64,000 bases of DNA, from positions 24,678,001 to 24,742,000 of the forward strand of contig NC_087245.1 of assembly GCF_037042905.1 (NCBI RefSeq), written 5' to 3'. The position numbers and the translations under genes are program-made. This stretch comes from Lytechinus pictus (lineage: Eukaryota). The notes below the pieces were generated by a model. That model saw only the letters and a program-made list of their open reading frames with translations. It ran no database searches and had not been told where the DNA came from. Shown here piece by piece: positions 12,825-27,100 of the stretch (the stretch's first letter is position 1; each line of letters starts with the position of its first letter).

Positions 12825-15800
12825 GTAAGATATGTTCACAATCTTCTTAATCTAAAAAATCTATTTGTGGGAACCACACTCAACAGCCCATGCTTTCCTC
12901 AAATTTAGACTACTTTAACAAAATTAAAATGTATATTAAAAAATACAATTCCGGTATTTTGTCCGCGCTGTCCACACGTGAGGTTGATTTTTTTTCCATT
13001 TTTATATTGCCTCGTGTATTTATGGTATTGGGAAATGATTTACGTATCCTCTAGTTTAATGGTTATAGATACATTTTATTTTATGATCTAAAACCATAGA
13101 GATATGTCTAAAACAAACGTGAAACCATCGAGCGTAGAGGGCAGCAATAGACAAAAGTGCTGCCTTCTACATTAATTTCTTGAAACTCAAATAAAAAAAA
13201 TCACATTTTACGGAAAGTTTTAATTATCTTCTCATGAAGTAAGTGTAAGTGGACGTACAAACACTAAAATCAAATTTGAATACTAATATAATACTAATTC
13301 TATTCTTTATCTGTAGTGAGAACTTTATTCAAAGAAGGCATATATGGTTGGGACTGGTTAAAGAGGTTCTGGATTGAATGAAGAATTTGATCCCCGATGA
13401 AAACTGCATGTGAAACTTTTCTCAGTATAAATGATACTTTTATTTGTTTTTAGCGAATTCAAATCGATCATAAAGTCAAATATCCTTAAGATTACAGAGA
13501 AAAGATTACTAAAGACAAATAAAACAAAGGGTCACAGCTCATTGATTCAGAATGAGGGGTCTACATAAAAAAAAAACATAAACAGAGAAAGTGGTATATG
13601 AGGCATATATAGAGTATCAAAAAGGATATCATTAAATCTGAGAAAATATATACAATATCGTGATAAGTTATTTCATGCTCCTGGCATTCAGAAATCTCAT
13701 GATTTATTCTTATATCTCGACAGCGTGGTTTAATAAGCCATGACGATACTGATACCTACATTGCTCCGTTGAAAGACCATCATGCAATGCGATACCGCCG
13801 GGAGATCGAAGACCTGATCGAAGGCGAGCAAGCTCATATTGTGTATAAACGAACATCACGTACACGGCGACAAACTACGACGTCATCATCGGATGATTAC
13901 ATTGATGACAGTGATGATAACGACGATGACAGCGAGTTCTACTCCTATGATGATCAAAGGAGTGATTTTAGCGGCAATGACACTTACAACAATGACACAT
14001 TCTGTGAGCAAGTTTTCGGTAAGTGTCTGAAATGAGTTATAATTATATCCTATCAGGGGCCGCGGAAGCGGGGGGGGGGGGGGGGGCTGGGGGGGCTTCA
14101 GCCCCCCCCCCCCCACCCACTTTTTTTTCCAAAACCGTGTACAAAAACGTAAAAATTACCATATGATTGTGATTTTTTGCATGGTCAGCCCCCCCCCCCC
14201 ACTTTTGGCTCAGCCCCCCCACTTTGAAAACCGTTCCACGGCCCCTGCCTATGATATATTATAGACATATGTATGTTAAAATAATTATGTTTTTAAGTAC
14301 ATAATAAGTGAACAACTTCAAACATCAGCGTAGACTAGACCTACCCCTTGTAGTATTTAGTTACAATAACTATGATAACTTATATACGCTTGGGGAAAAA
14401 ACACACGCCGGGTTGGATTGAGTAAACAGTATATGTCACGTGATCTGCTTTTAACCAGTCATTTCATTTGGATCGATGGGCCTATAGGCCTATCAATTTT
14501 AGTTGTAATGTTATTGGTATCTCACTTCAAAAACAAAACCTACAAGTTGTGTCACCTGAGGAGCGTTTTATTCAAAAAGGACTTGGGCGACGTTTAATGT
14601 AACGAGTCCCGTTGTATCCGACAGTTACCATTTTCAACATTGCCTCTCAGCTGATCAAAACCAAGAAAAGTTGTCAGATCGCACAACTCGTCGGACAGAA
14701 ATGTGAATGAAACACTCCCATGCTGGTCTATGCAATTCTTAAGAACTGAATATCGCAAATTGGTATAGTACCAGACTACCAGGTGAACTTGAACGACATA
14801 TTAATAAAAATGAAAAACAGTTACGTACATATCCAATTTGATAAATGGGAAGGTCGTTTTCGAAAAGTTGCTCTATACAGTGCGTATCAATAAAACGGAA
14901 CAGTTTTGAAAAGTCTATAAAATATTTGTTTCAAAATATTATATCTATATTTTGATGTTAATAGATGCTCTGAGATCTTATCTTTAAAATGCCATTCAAA
15001 TTAATAAATTTTGTTCATGCTTGAGCGAACACGAGACGTTTTTGTCGGGGGTTCAAAAAGAGGCTTGCGCCAAAATGGCAGAAATTAGAAATTTGATGAT
15101 TAGACTTTTGGCTAATCAGCAGACTTTTTCTTAATCTTTTCATTATCTTTGCCATAATTTTCGAATTATGCTGTCAAATTTCATTTACAAATTTATTTAT
15201 TTACCTGAATTATTTTGTTTTTCATTTAAACTTTTTTTACCTTTGAATTTTCTTCATAACTAAGAAAAGAAGACTTTTTGTCAAACCAAGTAAGAAGATT
15301 TGCATTATTAATTGGGAGAGTTTGTAATTATTTAAATCCTTTTATTATGTGAAACAAATTATGTTATGGTACCTATATAAAAGACATGAATCCTATTTTC
15401 AAGGGGTTATTGAATCCTTCACCAAGTTTAATTATGTGCTTGACAGGACAAACAGGAAAGTATTCATTCTTTCAATGGCAATGGTGTATTGAGTCAATTT
15501 TGAAGGAGCAAGATATGGCAGATCGGGTAAAATGTATTAAAAAGTTGTGAAGCGAGCAAGCAATAATTTCCACTTTTTTTGACATAATATTCAGAAAATG
15601 ATATCATATTTCACTTTCTATGTTTTCTGTTATTTTTCTTTCCACTTTTTTCTTGGTCATGATTTTTTTTTATTTGGGGGGGGGGGGAGCACCCCGAGCC
15701 CCCATCCATCAGTATGCCACTGTTCAAAGGCACCATAACCTTTGTAGCACACAATGAAAGGATTTGAAAAAAAAACACGCTCTCCCATACTTCGGTTTAA

Positions 15801-18800
15801 AAAAAAATGTCCTTGCCTAAAGAAGGAATATTCAAAGCTAAAAGAGAACATATTAAAAAGGAACAACAACGGAAATATTCAAGCAAATAAGTAGATTTGG
15901 AAATGAATTTTGACCACATAATTAAAAAATTATGGCAAAGATAATGAAAAGGTTAAAAGGAAGTCTGCTGATTAGCAAGAAATCCAACTATCATATTTAT
16001 CATTTTATGCCATTTTGGCGCAAGCCTCCTTTTTAACCCCAGACAAAAACATTCCGTGTTCGCTCAAGCATGAACGAAACTAAATTATTTTAATGGCATT
16101 TGAAGGATAAGAATTCAGAGCCCCTATTGACACCAAAATATAGAGATCATAATTTGAAACAAAAATTTTATAGACTTTTCAAATCTGTCCCATTTTTTTA
16201 TACGCACAGTAGTTAATTAAAATTGGCTGATTGTATCTTGATATTACACCCCAGCACCAGTGGATCTACCTGAGCACTCCTTCCTTGATCACGGATCGGT
16301 GGATGGTGGTAATGCGTCAGACTATGAACCAAACTTTGCCGATAGGATGGCTGCAGATCAAGAAGACGGTGATCATTCCCAAGAAGGGGGTCACAGATAC
16401 ATCGAGGTCTTCGTCATCATCGATGACAAAATGCTCAGACGTCACAGAGAGGACGTCATGAACTACACATTATCTATCATGAACATCGTAAGTAAAAAAT
16501 AATGTTGAATTAAAGGTGGAAGTGTCGTGGTCTAGTGGTTCGGTCTTGACTCTTAATCCAAAGGTCGAGGGTTCGAATCCCACCCGGCACTATATAGTTC
16601 TTTGGCAAGGCATTTATCCACGTTTGTCACTCTCCACCCAGGTGATAAATGGGTACCGTCAATCAGACCTTCATTTTTGAGGAGCGCGATCGCGCCGGTG
16701 TACCGGCGGATCCTGCGCCTGGCAGATACTGTTCTAGGCACCAAATCCGCCGGCGGATCGTGTTCTACTCCGGGAGATTCAGTACCAAAAAAGGCCACTC
16801 TCTTCGGAAGATATCGTTCTTGCGCTATCGCGATATCCTTCCTTCACATGCTCAATATACATTCATTCTTTCAGTTTGCGTATTGTTATTATTTGCTTTA
16901 GCAGCATTTTTGCATGATTTCGGATTATGTCTCTGTTCTGATACAATTTGTCTGCTATATGTTACAGTGTTATTTGATTTGAGTATTCACAGCTGCAATT
17001 ATCATTTTTTTTTTCCTTAATTATGTATGTATGAAATTTATTTGAATGAATAATAAAGATCACTACAAAACAAAAAAAGGTCACGTGGTACTTGAAAACT
17101 ATATAGTCAAAAGCGGTAGATTTCATCAATTAAAGCTTGCAGAAAAAGATATTTATGATATATCTATGTGATAGAAGTGAAGAAATAAAATGCGTAATCT
17201 GAAAGGGGAAAATAACCCATTTTCTTGTAACAACTCTATGGAATTACTCCACTTCTAACACTACATGACGTCACGGTCTCGGTGCGAGGCCGGTGAAAGC
17301 ATTTACAAGAAAGTATATTTTCGAAACCCGATAATTGGAGTTATTCTTATGCAAAATATTCAGCTGTAAGCGATGACTGCATAAAACTTGCATTTCTGTT
17401 TTTAGTTTAAATTAATAGCTTTCGTCGGATTTGTCTGATTCGTCAATTAAATTTTTGGGTCTGGTCTGGGTCTTTAAATAGTCCACATTTAGTCTTCATT
17501 CAACTGTCAATGTCTGCTGCACTATAGTATACAAAGAATTTACCCCAAGATATGATAATAATGCTTGTAATCAAATAACATGCATTTGTTAATTTATTTT
17601 ATGCCTATTAATTTATTGCAGTATGAAAAATCCTTCTTATCACAATTTTAGGGATAAATTGGGCACAATATGCATCAATTATGATTAATACAGAGTATTA
17701 AATAAAGGCAAACAATGGCAGTTTTGATATTTAAAATTAGTATTTTGTAATAAGCTTTCTAAAGGGAAGTATGAATAATGATCACTGCAAATGAAATTTC
17801 TGATTACCGAAATTCCAATGTATTACTATTATTTCCTTCACATTTTCTTGTGTATTTTTTATATTTTCTCTCCCCTTCCTCTTTCTCCTTTTTAGTGCTA
17901 TATCACCCACTCGTATACGCCCCAGATATATTCATAATGTGCCAGAAAGGTTAGGAAACTGGAAAAGAGGCAAAAGGGGCGAAATGAGCAAGGAAAGAAA
18001 GAAAGGCAAAAAAAAATAAAGAGATGAAAATCAGGAGGGGGTATATATAGTGAGAGAAACAAAAGATATAAAGGAGAAATCATATTTCACTAAAGATCCC
18101 ATATTGATCTTAAAATTAGATGACTAAGAGGTAAATTAGGGAGCACCAAATAGTACGTGGCGTATCTAAATTCTGTCAGGGTGAACTTCCGGTCCCCTTT
18201 AATTAATTCAGATTCCTTAACATTGAAAAAAAAAAGAATTAAAAAAAACAAATTTAAAAAAATACATGAAAAATTAAAAATAGGCCTACAATAAACTACA
18301 TCATGTTTTGACATTCTTTTTTTTTATGTTTGTTAGAAATATCAAATTTATGTTTTCACAAAAAAATTAACATTCTACAAGCAATAATATGAGTTAACAT
18401 CAAAACATATTTTCATACACTAATTTGCATCATTTATTTTGAAATATGAAGTTTTAACTTGTTGATTTTTTTCTAAACATTTGTAGTTTCAAAAACCTAT
18501 AGGCCTATATGGGGGTGCAAATTTTCGCCAACCGTCTGGCAAACTGACACATGGTGTGAAAAAGCACAGTTAAAGAGATCGATGCATACTGCGGACTGAA
18601 AATAGTATAAAAATTCACAAAACAAAATGATGGAAATTTCATCAAAATCTTATAATTATGTTTAGTTTTGACGTATGTGCCAGGTCTATGTAATACATGA
18701 AATATCGAGACATTATTCAGTTTCAGTTTCAGTTTAGTTCATTTCACTTCCATTTTCTGATAATAAACATAACAAACATATATACATGTGTATGAATGTA

Positions 18801-21050
18801 CATAACAGAATAAGTGTCATAAGAATACTTCAATAATTAATTAACAAACTCGTAGGAAATAGTCGGAGTATATATAATTCTTTTTGTTCCAAACATTTTG
18901 ATAATTAGACAAATTATAGATTACAGTTAGCATGTGAAAATGAAAGTGAGGGACTTATTAAAAAGCAAAGCTTGTAATGGTAAGTCCCTTGGGATAAATT
19001 TATAGTAATCTTAATCGTATGTAATTAAAAGTAAAGTAGGTCAATCTTGACCATATATGAAGAACGGCAACACCATGGAAGTCTACATGTGGGACTACAA
19101 TATTTACCGAGTGTAAGTTCAAATCAGAGTTGGGAAAGAGGTGAATATTCTTAATTTTTCTGATAGTTTTCAAGAAAATAAAAATAATTTCAAGGAATTA
19201 TGGAAAATAGATGGCCATTTCATGGATTTAAAGATGTAAAATGTGAAATTTTAGCTTTTTTTTTTTTTTTTTTTTTTTTTAGCAGGAGCGTCATATTTTG
19301 TAAACGTATTGACCCAGACCTAGTTTCACCTAAGATTAATTAACAGCTACACAGCTATTGCATATATATGATGTTAAAAAAGTCTACAATTTATCATACA
19401 TGTATTGTATTGAATTGATTTGGGCTCCTCAAGGATAGCGATTCTGAGGAGCTCAATTGCGCTCCTCAAAAAAAATAAGGAGAGCGATTTATGGAGCTCC
19501 ACGAAAATATAAACGTGAAGGACTGCGTCAATGTGATTAGACTGGCACGTGCTTGCTAGGCAACTCCCCAGGGAGTGCAGATGGTGCACTTTATGTAATG
19601 ACCGGCGTAGAATCCAACGTATGAAGCGCTATATTAATAGTAATAATTATTATTATTATTATTATTATTATCAGTGAATTAGTTCGACAAGCTATAATCC
19701 CTTTCGTCTACCATGTCTCCCTCTTCATGAATATCTATCATGTGCCTCTCTTCTCGCATCTTCCCAATGTGGCATTACATTCTTCTACATCATTTCCCCT
19801 TCCCTATTACATGTATTATGTTCCCTCCTTTTCTTACCACTCACCCCAACATTGTCTCTCCGTTCCCTTCCTCATCTCATCTCGACCTCTCCCTTCCTAC
19901 CTATTTTTTAACCTCCCTTTGCCTTCTCTATATTCCTCTTTATCTCTCCCTTTCTACCTGTTTCCTCTCCATACATTGTTCATTTTTCGAACATCCTATT
20001 TCCCTTGTGGTTGTCGTCACATTACTCTTCTTTGTGTATCACACTTTATTCCAGATTTCAAGAAGATACATTGATCCTTCATTGAAGAATGAAATACGAA
20101 TGGCTATCGTAAAATTAGCAGTGGCTGAAACCGAAGACTTAACGGTAACGTCGATCTTACTTTTCACCTTCTTCTCCTTCTTTTCCTTGATTTTTTTCTC
20201 TTCATCTTCTTCTCCCTTTTCTTTTTCTCTTTCTTCTTCTTTTTCATTTTCTTCTTCTTTTCCTTGAGCTTTTCTCTTCTTCTCCTACTTATTCCTATTT
20301 TTCTCCTCCTCCTTCTCCTTTTTTTTCTCCTTCTTTTTCTTCATCTGCATCTTCATCACCGCCTTGTTCTTCTTTTACTCCACTATGGTGAGCAGAATTT
20401 TCACGTTTAAAACATTGATAAACCAAGGTCCGCTCGCCGCCAACCCCCCCCCCCCCCGAATCCTTGCCTTTGGTATCATTTATAGTACAAAAAGTAGCAG
20501 CAGCAGTTGCGGTAGTAGAAGTAAAACTAGAAGTAGCAGTAGCGGTAGTAGAAGTGGAAGTAGTGGAAGTAGTAGAAGTAGTAGAATTAGTAGCAGCAGT
20601 AGTAGTAGTAGTAATAGTAGTGGTAATACATGTAGTAGTAGTAGAAGTAGTAGTAGTAGTAGTAGTAGTAATAGTAGTAGTAGTAGTTGTTGTTGTCGTA
20701 GTAGTAGTATATAGTAATAGTAGCAGTAGCAGCAGCAGCAGTAGCAGCAGCAGCAGCATCAGTAATAGTCAGGGGCGGATCCAGCTTTTTATAAAGGGGG
20801 GGTTGGGGTGGTATGCGAGGGAGCGTAGCGACCGAGTCCAAGCGAGCGGAGCGAGCGAGGGGGGAGGGTGTGTGAGGGGGGTGTCCCCCCTCCCACAGTA
20901 GGGAAAATTTTTGAAAATCTGTGTGTGAAAATGGCGTTTTCTTGCATCTAAAAAAGATAAGATTTAAATAAATGGTCCCCGGATTTTTTTTTTTTTTTTT
21001 TTTTGGGGGGGGTTGCAACCCCCCAACCCCCCCTCTAGATCCGCTTCTGA

Positions 21051-21100
<50 letters not shown>

Positions 21101-24100
21101 ATCATGGAAGTAGTATGTCCTTTCATAATCGTTCAATCGCCAAGTTAAATCCTTTTCTACCGTAAAGCAAGCTTCGATTATCTGAGAAAAGGAAAGCACA
21201 TTTTGCCTCGATCTTGAATCATAGGCTAGTAACATAATCACTTTCATTTCATTTTATTTCATGAGGTGGTTTCATCGGCTTCAGAGTATTAGCGTTTTAC
21301 GTGTATGATAGAAAGGTTTTAAAGCAATTAAAAGGATGGTCTTTTAAAAAAAAGAAATTCCCAATATAATTATTGAAACTCAAGACTCGAAACTCCAGAT
21401 TCGAAACTCGAGACTAGAACTTTGGCAACACGCGCAGACCGCCGTAATAGTGGTGGTAGTATTAGTATTATGATGAGGAGTTGTTGCTATTGTTGCTGCA
21501 GTAGTGGTAGTAGTATCTTTCATGTTCATTTTCATACAGCTGCTTGGAAGGGATGGTAGAAACCACACTCTGAGGATACATGGTAATGGCCCTGATCTAG
21601 TGGATGACGTATGTCGCTGGGCAAATATCTTGAACCCCTCCAGCGTTAATGATCCGCTACACTTTGACAACACCATCCTCATGACAAGGTATTTCACTGA
21701 TTACATTGTATCAACGCGATTTAAATAATTACCGGTATGTAACAAAACCATATTTTACGATGGTAAATGTTACCATATACCTTGGGCCGCTCTTTAAGCT
21801 CCGAAGTGTGACGCCATCAGTTCTTCAATTTTGCATTTGAGCAATTTTGATATTTCGGTAGAACACGATGAAATGCCGCCACATTCTAAATTGGGTGGGA
21901 ATCTGTCAAGGGGGCCAAATATATGATTTTGTGAACGCAAATTTAGCCCCTTGCAATTTTAAGTGACCGGTGCGTGTAATATGGAGAGATTGAAGAGCGC
22001 CATCATTTTTTATTAACTATTATAATACTACTTTGATAATAATCCTCTCACCATTTACAGGAGAGACCTGTACACCGTCTCTGGAGGCCAAAAGAACTTT
22101 GGGCTGTTAGGAAGGGCACCTCTTGGGACGGTCTGTAGACGGACTGATTCTTGCAATGTAAATGAAGAAGATGGATTGGAAGCAGCACTAACAGTCGCTC
22201 ATGAACTTGGTCATAAGTAAGATCTGCTTCTGTCTCGGCACGTTGCGTATGTCATGATTGGAGAAAAATAATTAGGATATTATAGAGAAAGTGAATTGGA
22301 ATTAGAATCGGAATAGGGCCTCCTGTATTTTGGATGCTGATTTGGGAAAATTAATTCATGAAGATTAAAAAATATTTTTCAAGGTATGCATGTCTTTACT
22401 TAATATCTTTAACGAATTTAGAGGAACAATTGTCGTTTAAAACAATACTGTACATATCTAGTGACGTAGATAATAAAGAGGTGTTAGTAATTGCCCAACT
22501 CAAAGAACAGTCAAGAGCCCCAACGTCACATTAATACTGGTTCTTGATATACCAACTCGATATATTTTATTCATGCCCTCCTCTCGTGATTATAATATAA
22601 TCATTAAAAATATATATATTATATTTGTTTTTAAAAAAGTATATATCATATTTGTACAAAAATCTATTATTTGTATTCTTCATTGACAATTTCCTATCTG
22701 TTTCAATAATTTCCTCTTTGTTTGAATATGTCATGTAAATGTAACATCCTCACAATTTCATGCCTATATAAATCATTAGTGATGATGCTTGATGGTTTGC
22801 ACGGTGGTATGATGAATCGCCGAAGTGTCTTACAGTACACCAGGGGCGGATGCAGGATTTTCAAAGGGGTGGGGGGGTATTTTTTACAGGAAAAATTCGG
22901 CATACCCCTAAAAAAATGTGACCCTGCCGGGATACGCCACTATTCATGGTGTACTGTAAATCACTTCCGCGAAAATCTACCTTATTATCTTCTATCTATC
23001 TATCTTTCTATCTATCCATCCATCCATCTATCCATGCATCATATCCATTTTAGTTTGAATCTATACCACGATCCCGACTATGGTTGTGCAAATGGTCGAT
23101 ATGTCATGTCATCTATGAAGGTCGTAGGGGCGTCATCCTTCAAATGGTCTCATTGTAGTGCAACCTACTTAGCACTGTTTCTCAAGTTAGTCATCCAACA
23201 TCATAGCAACCAAATAATATTTATCGACATTGTTAAACCTTCCTCAAAATATATCCATCCCGTGGTCTGACACAAGCAATCGTCACCACGGTTACATGTA
23301 TATTCTGTGGCTGATTCGTATCCCATCCACGTAGGCCTACTTCAAAACTGCAATAATAATCTTTGGTGTGGTATTTTTATATTTATTTCTACACCTGATT
23401 TGTAATGTTGCCTTATTATTGATATCGCTTGATTGGCCTGTATTCAATGAACAACGTGAATTAATTCTACATCGATGGTATCTAAGGTAATTAAGAGCAA
23501 CATTCGTTTTCATATTATTTCATTGATCTTTCTTTATTTATCTATTTATTTGTTTTATTATTTATTAACTATTTTAGATACTAAAGTTAATATCCAATTA
23601 ATACTAGAAGTAATAAGACAATGGTAGCGGAGGAATCAAACTGTATTTCCATATCTAATTTAGATCCCTATTTTTATCTTCATGACTACACCCTTAATTG
23701 TGATCGGTCATAAATTATAGCCAAATTGTTGGTTATATCAATTTTGACATACAAAAATTATCAAAATCAATAATTTATTGGTAAGAATATTACCAGAACT
23801 TTGGTTGATATTGACCACTTTCATTTGGGCGGACACTTATTCACCAACAGATTGAATGCTTTGATTTAAATGATGCATCGAAAAATCTAATCAGCCGATC
23901 TTTATGTTCTTTCGATAGTTCGCATAAAGCAGCATGCGTCCTACATGGTAATCGAACTCTATTTCTATATCTAATGTAGATAGCTGAATTCATCTATCAT
24001 GACTGACATGAATGATATTCTTCAATGTTGCATCTTATTATTTAAATGACAGACCTATTTTTTTTTTATATGCAGTTCTCCCAAAGCGGCATGCCTTCTG

Positions 24101-27100
24101 GATGTACCCTCAACAGATCACCAGGAAGTCGATATGATACCTATAGATCAATTAGCAGGTACAAAGTATAGCAGATTGCAACAATGTAAAAAGGCATATG
24201 GAACTGATGTCTATACACTATGTGGAGGAGCACGGGCTCATACTGTAAGTATGCATGTTTATTAGCTAAATTTGACTTATTTGATTCATTGGCACTATGG
24301 CTGTCGATCCGGAGAAAATTAGGGATATATTTCCCAATATTTGAGGTGGGAATGACCTTTAATATCACCTCCAATAATTTAAAGTACAATAATTATGAAC
24401 ATCATTCATGACAAGTGTCATGATGATAAAGAGGTAGTACGAGTATGATGATCATGATGGTAGTGATGATTGTCGTATAGCCCACAGGCATGATGACAAC
24501 CATATTTTTTTTTTTTTTTGGGGGGGATCTCCTTACGTTAAGTGTTATTGAATGAATCCATTGCTTTCCGAAAGTGTTATAGAAACAGATGTACGGATAG
24601 AGCAAACATAGAGTAAAATAGTTAATATTTTTACACTTAATATTTTTTTTCAAATTCACTCTTTCCCCAACAACGAATACCGATCGACACCCATGACCGT
24701 TATAGTATAACAAGGTAGAAATATGTGATTTACTTATATCGAGTAGTGTTTAAAATGCCGTGTATACAATCTTCTCATGTCATTATCAAGTTGTAAAGTA
24801 TCTCGATATATACCCGATAAATGCGGCACATATTTTGGACGTTAATACAATTCATCTGAATTCCGTTTCATAAAAACAAATTTGCAATAACAGATAAAAG
24901 CTAAAGAAATCGATCAATTTGATTGGCTAACTGTAAACGTGTTGTGGAAGTTATGCATCTGATATAATAATAAGTCTTTATCTACTTTCGAAGTGAAAAC
25001 TGTTATGGTGTATTGTGTTTTATTCCACTGCTATCTACTTTGCCAGACTTGTGGACAACTCGGTTGTAACCGGTACGGGTGGTGTATGCACATGTCAGTA
25101 ATGGAAGGCACCAGCTGCGGAGAAGACAAGGTAAAATCGGTTCTAGGACAATTACCCCCCGGACAATCACCCCCGGACAACTACCCCCCTGACAATTACC
25201 CCCGAGGACAATTACCCCCTGGACAATTACCCCCCGGATAATTACCCCCTGAGGACAATTACCCCCGAGGACAATTACCCCCGAGGACAATTACCCCCGG
25301 ATAATTACCCCCTGGACAATTACCCTCCGAGGACAATAACCCCCGAGGAAATAACCCCCCCCCGGACAATTACCCCCGAGGGCAATTACACCCGGACATT
25401 CACCCCCCCCCCCTCCCCCGGACAATTACCTCTGAGGACATTTACCCCAAGACAATTACCCCCGGAAAATCCCCCCCCCCCCTTCTCTCCGGCATCGATA
25501 TCAGAATCAAGCGGGACCCATTGTAAGTCTTGGTCGGTGGCACAGGTTTTCGAAATATTTTCTACTGTATCTTATGTTAATAACTTTTTAGTTTTTTCCT
25601 GGCTTTTACCTTTTTTTCTTCCTTTTCCGCATTTTTTTGTTTTTGTTTTTGTTTAGCAGTGCCTTTTGCATCATGAAAAATGGGGATGGGGGCTTGCGCC
25701 CCAAACCTCCCGTTTAGCTACGCATATATACATCAGAAAATATGTAAACTGGCCCTCATACTAAGTTTTCATAGAACAATTGAATATTCATGAAAGGACA
25801 CGATTGGACATAATAATCACAAATACCTAATATCCCTGATTCCAACTGATCTATTTTTTAAAATTTATTTTGGGTTTAATTTCAGGGAAAAAATCAAGCA
25901 AATACATACAACGTTAAAAGACACCTTCACAGGTAGAAATATTGAAAGTCGATAACGCAACCATCAACACTAACACTGACAAGTAGGAACTATAAACCTG
26001 TTATTTTAAAACAATTCAACTAACAAGAAGCTAAGAATTATGAAACAATTGGTGCACATTCCAGATTAAGATGTGGCTTTAGTTTATAACTTAATACAGT
26101 AAGCTAAAAAACAAATCTATGCACAGATTGTGTGTATTATCTTAGAGTGAAGGCAATTAAATGTTAAAAAAGGAAATTAAGTACCAAAATTACTCAATTT
26201 GTAAACAGTATGGCATAATCAAATACTGTGTTTTTCCATACAAATTGGCAATCATGATAGTGTTAAGCATATATACAATTCGTTTAAGGGGCATTTCAAG
26301 GACGGTGAGAATTTATAAAGAAATTGGCCTATACATAATTATACTAAACAATCAAATAATGCGACCGCGCATTGTGAGCTGAAAATATTAATATTTAGAC
26401 CATAAAACGGACATTGTACAGAGCTCTTGAAAAAATCAATTTGTAAATGAAAAAATAATGAAAGCTCGATATACGAGCTGAATTATATTTTTATATTGAC
26501 TTCAAAAGTTGATATTTTAAGCTCTATATCAGCCTATATTGAGCAAGATATGAATCTCATCGAACAGGCAATGCGAGCGCGAAGCGTTACCGAAACTTGT
26601 ATATACTATAATAATAATAATAATAATATGTTCATTTATATAGCGCTCTTACAATATATCATCGTTTCACAGCGCTTTACACAATGATGGAATAAAAAAT
26701 TACAATAACTAATACATGTAAATATTATTGATTAAAAAGCAGAGTCTTGAGATGTTTCTTAAATACTTCCAAAGAAGGAGAAAGTCGCATATATCTTGGA
26801 AGGTCATTCCAAAGTCTTGGGGCACATGTCTGAAAAGCATTGTCACCAGGTTTAGTATTTGTCCGTGGAATATGGAGTAGAGTAATGTCCGTACTCGAGC
26901 GAAGCCCGGGACGTTCTGACTGATGTAGGCGGATGAGAGAGTCCATGTAGTGTGGAGCTTCATTGTGGACAATCTTGAAAACAATGGTCATAATCTTGAA
27001 GACAATACGTTGCTTCACTGGAAGCCAATGCAACTCTCTTAACAGAGGAGTAACATGATCGTGCTTACGAGCTTTGAAAATCAACTTGGCTGCACGGTTT

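Noticed and set aside
16518..16595. Possible true tRNA gene
   Set aside because: Continues into a SINE core and tail with no terminator; treated as a SINE head
20295..21247. Poly-Thr/Val/Ser/Tyr ORFs
   Set aside because: (AGT)n microsatellite
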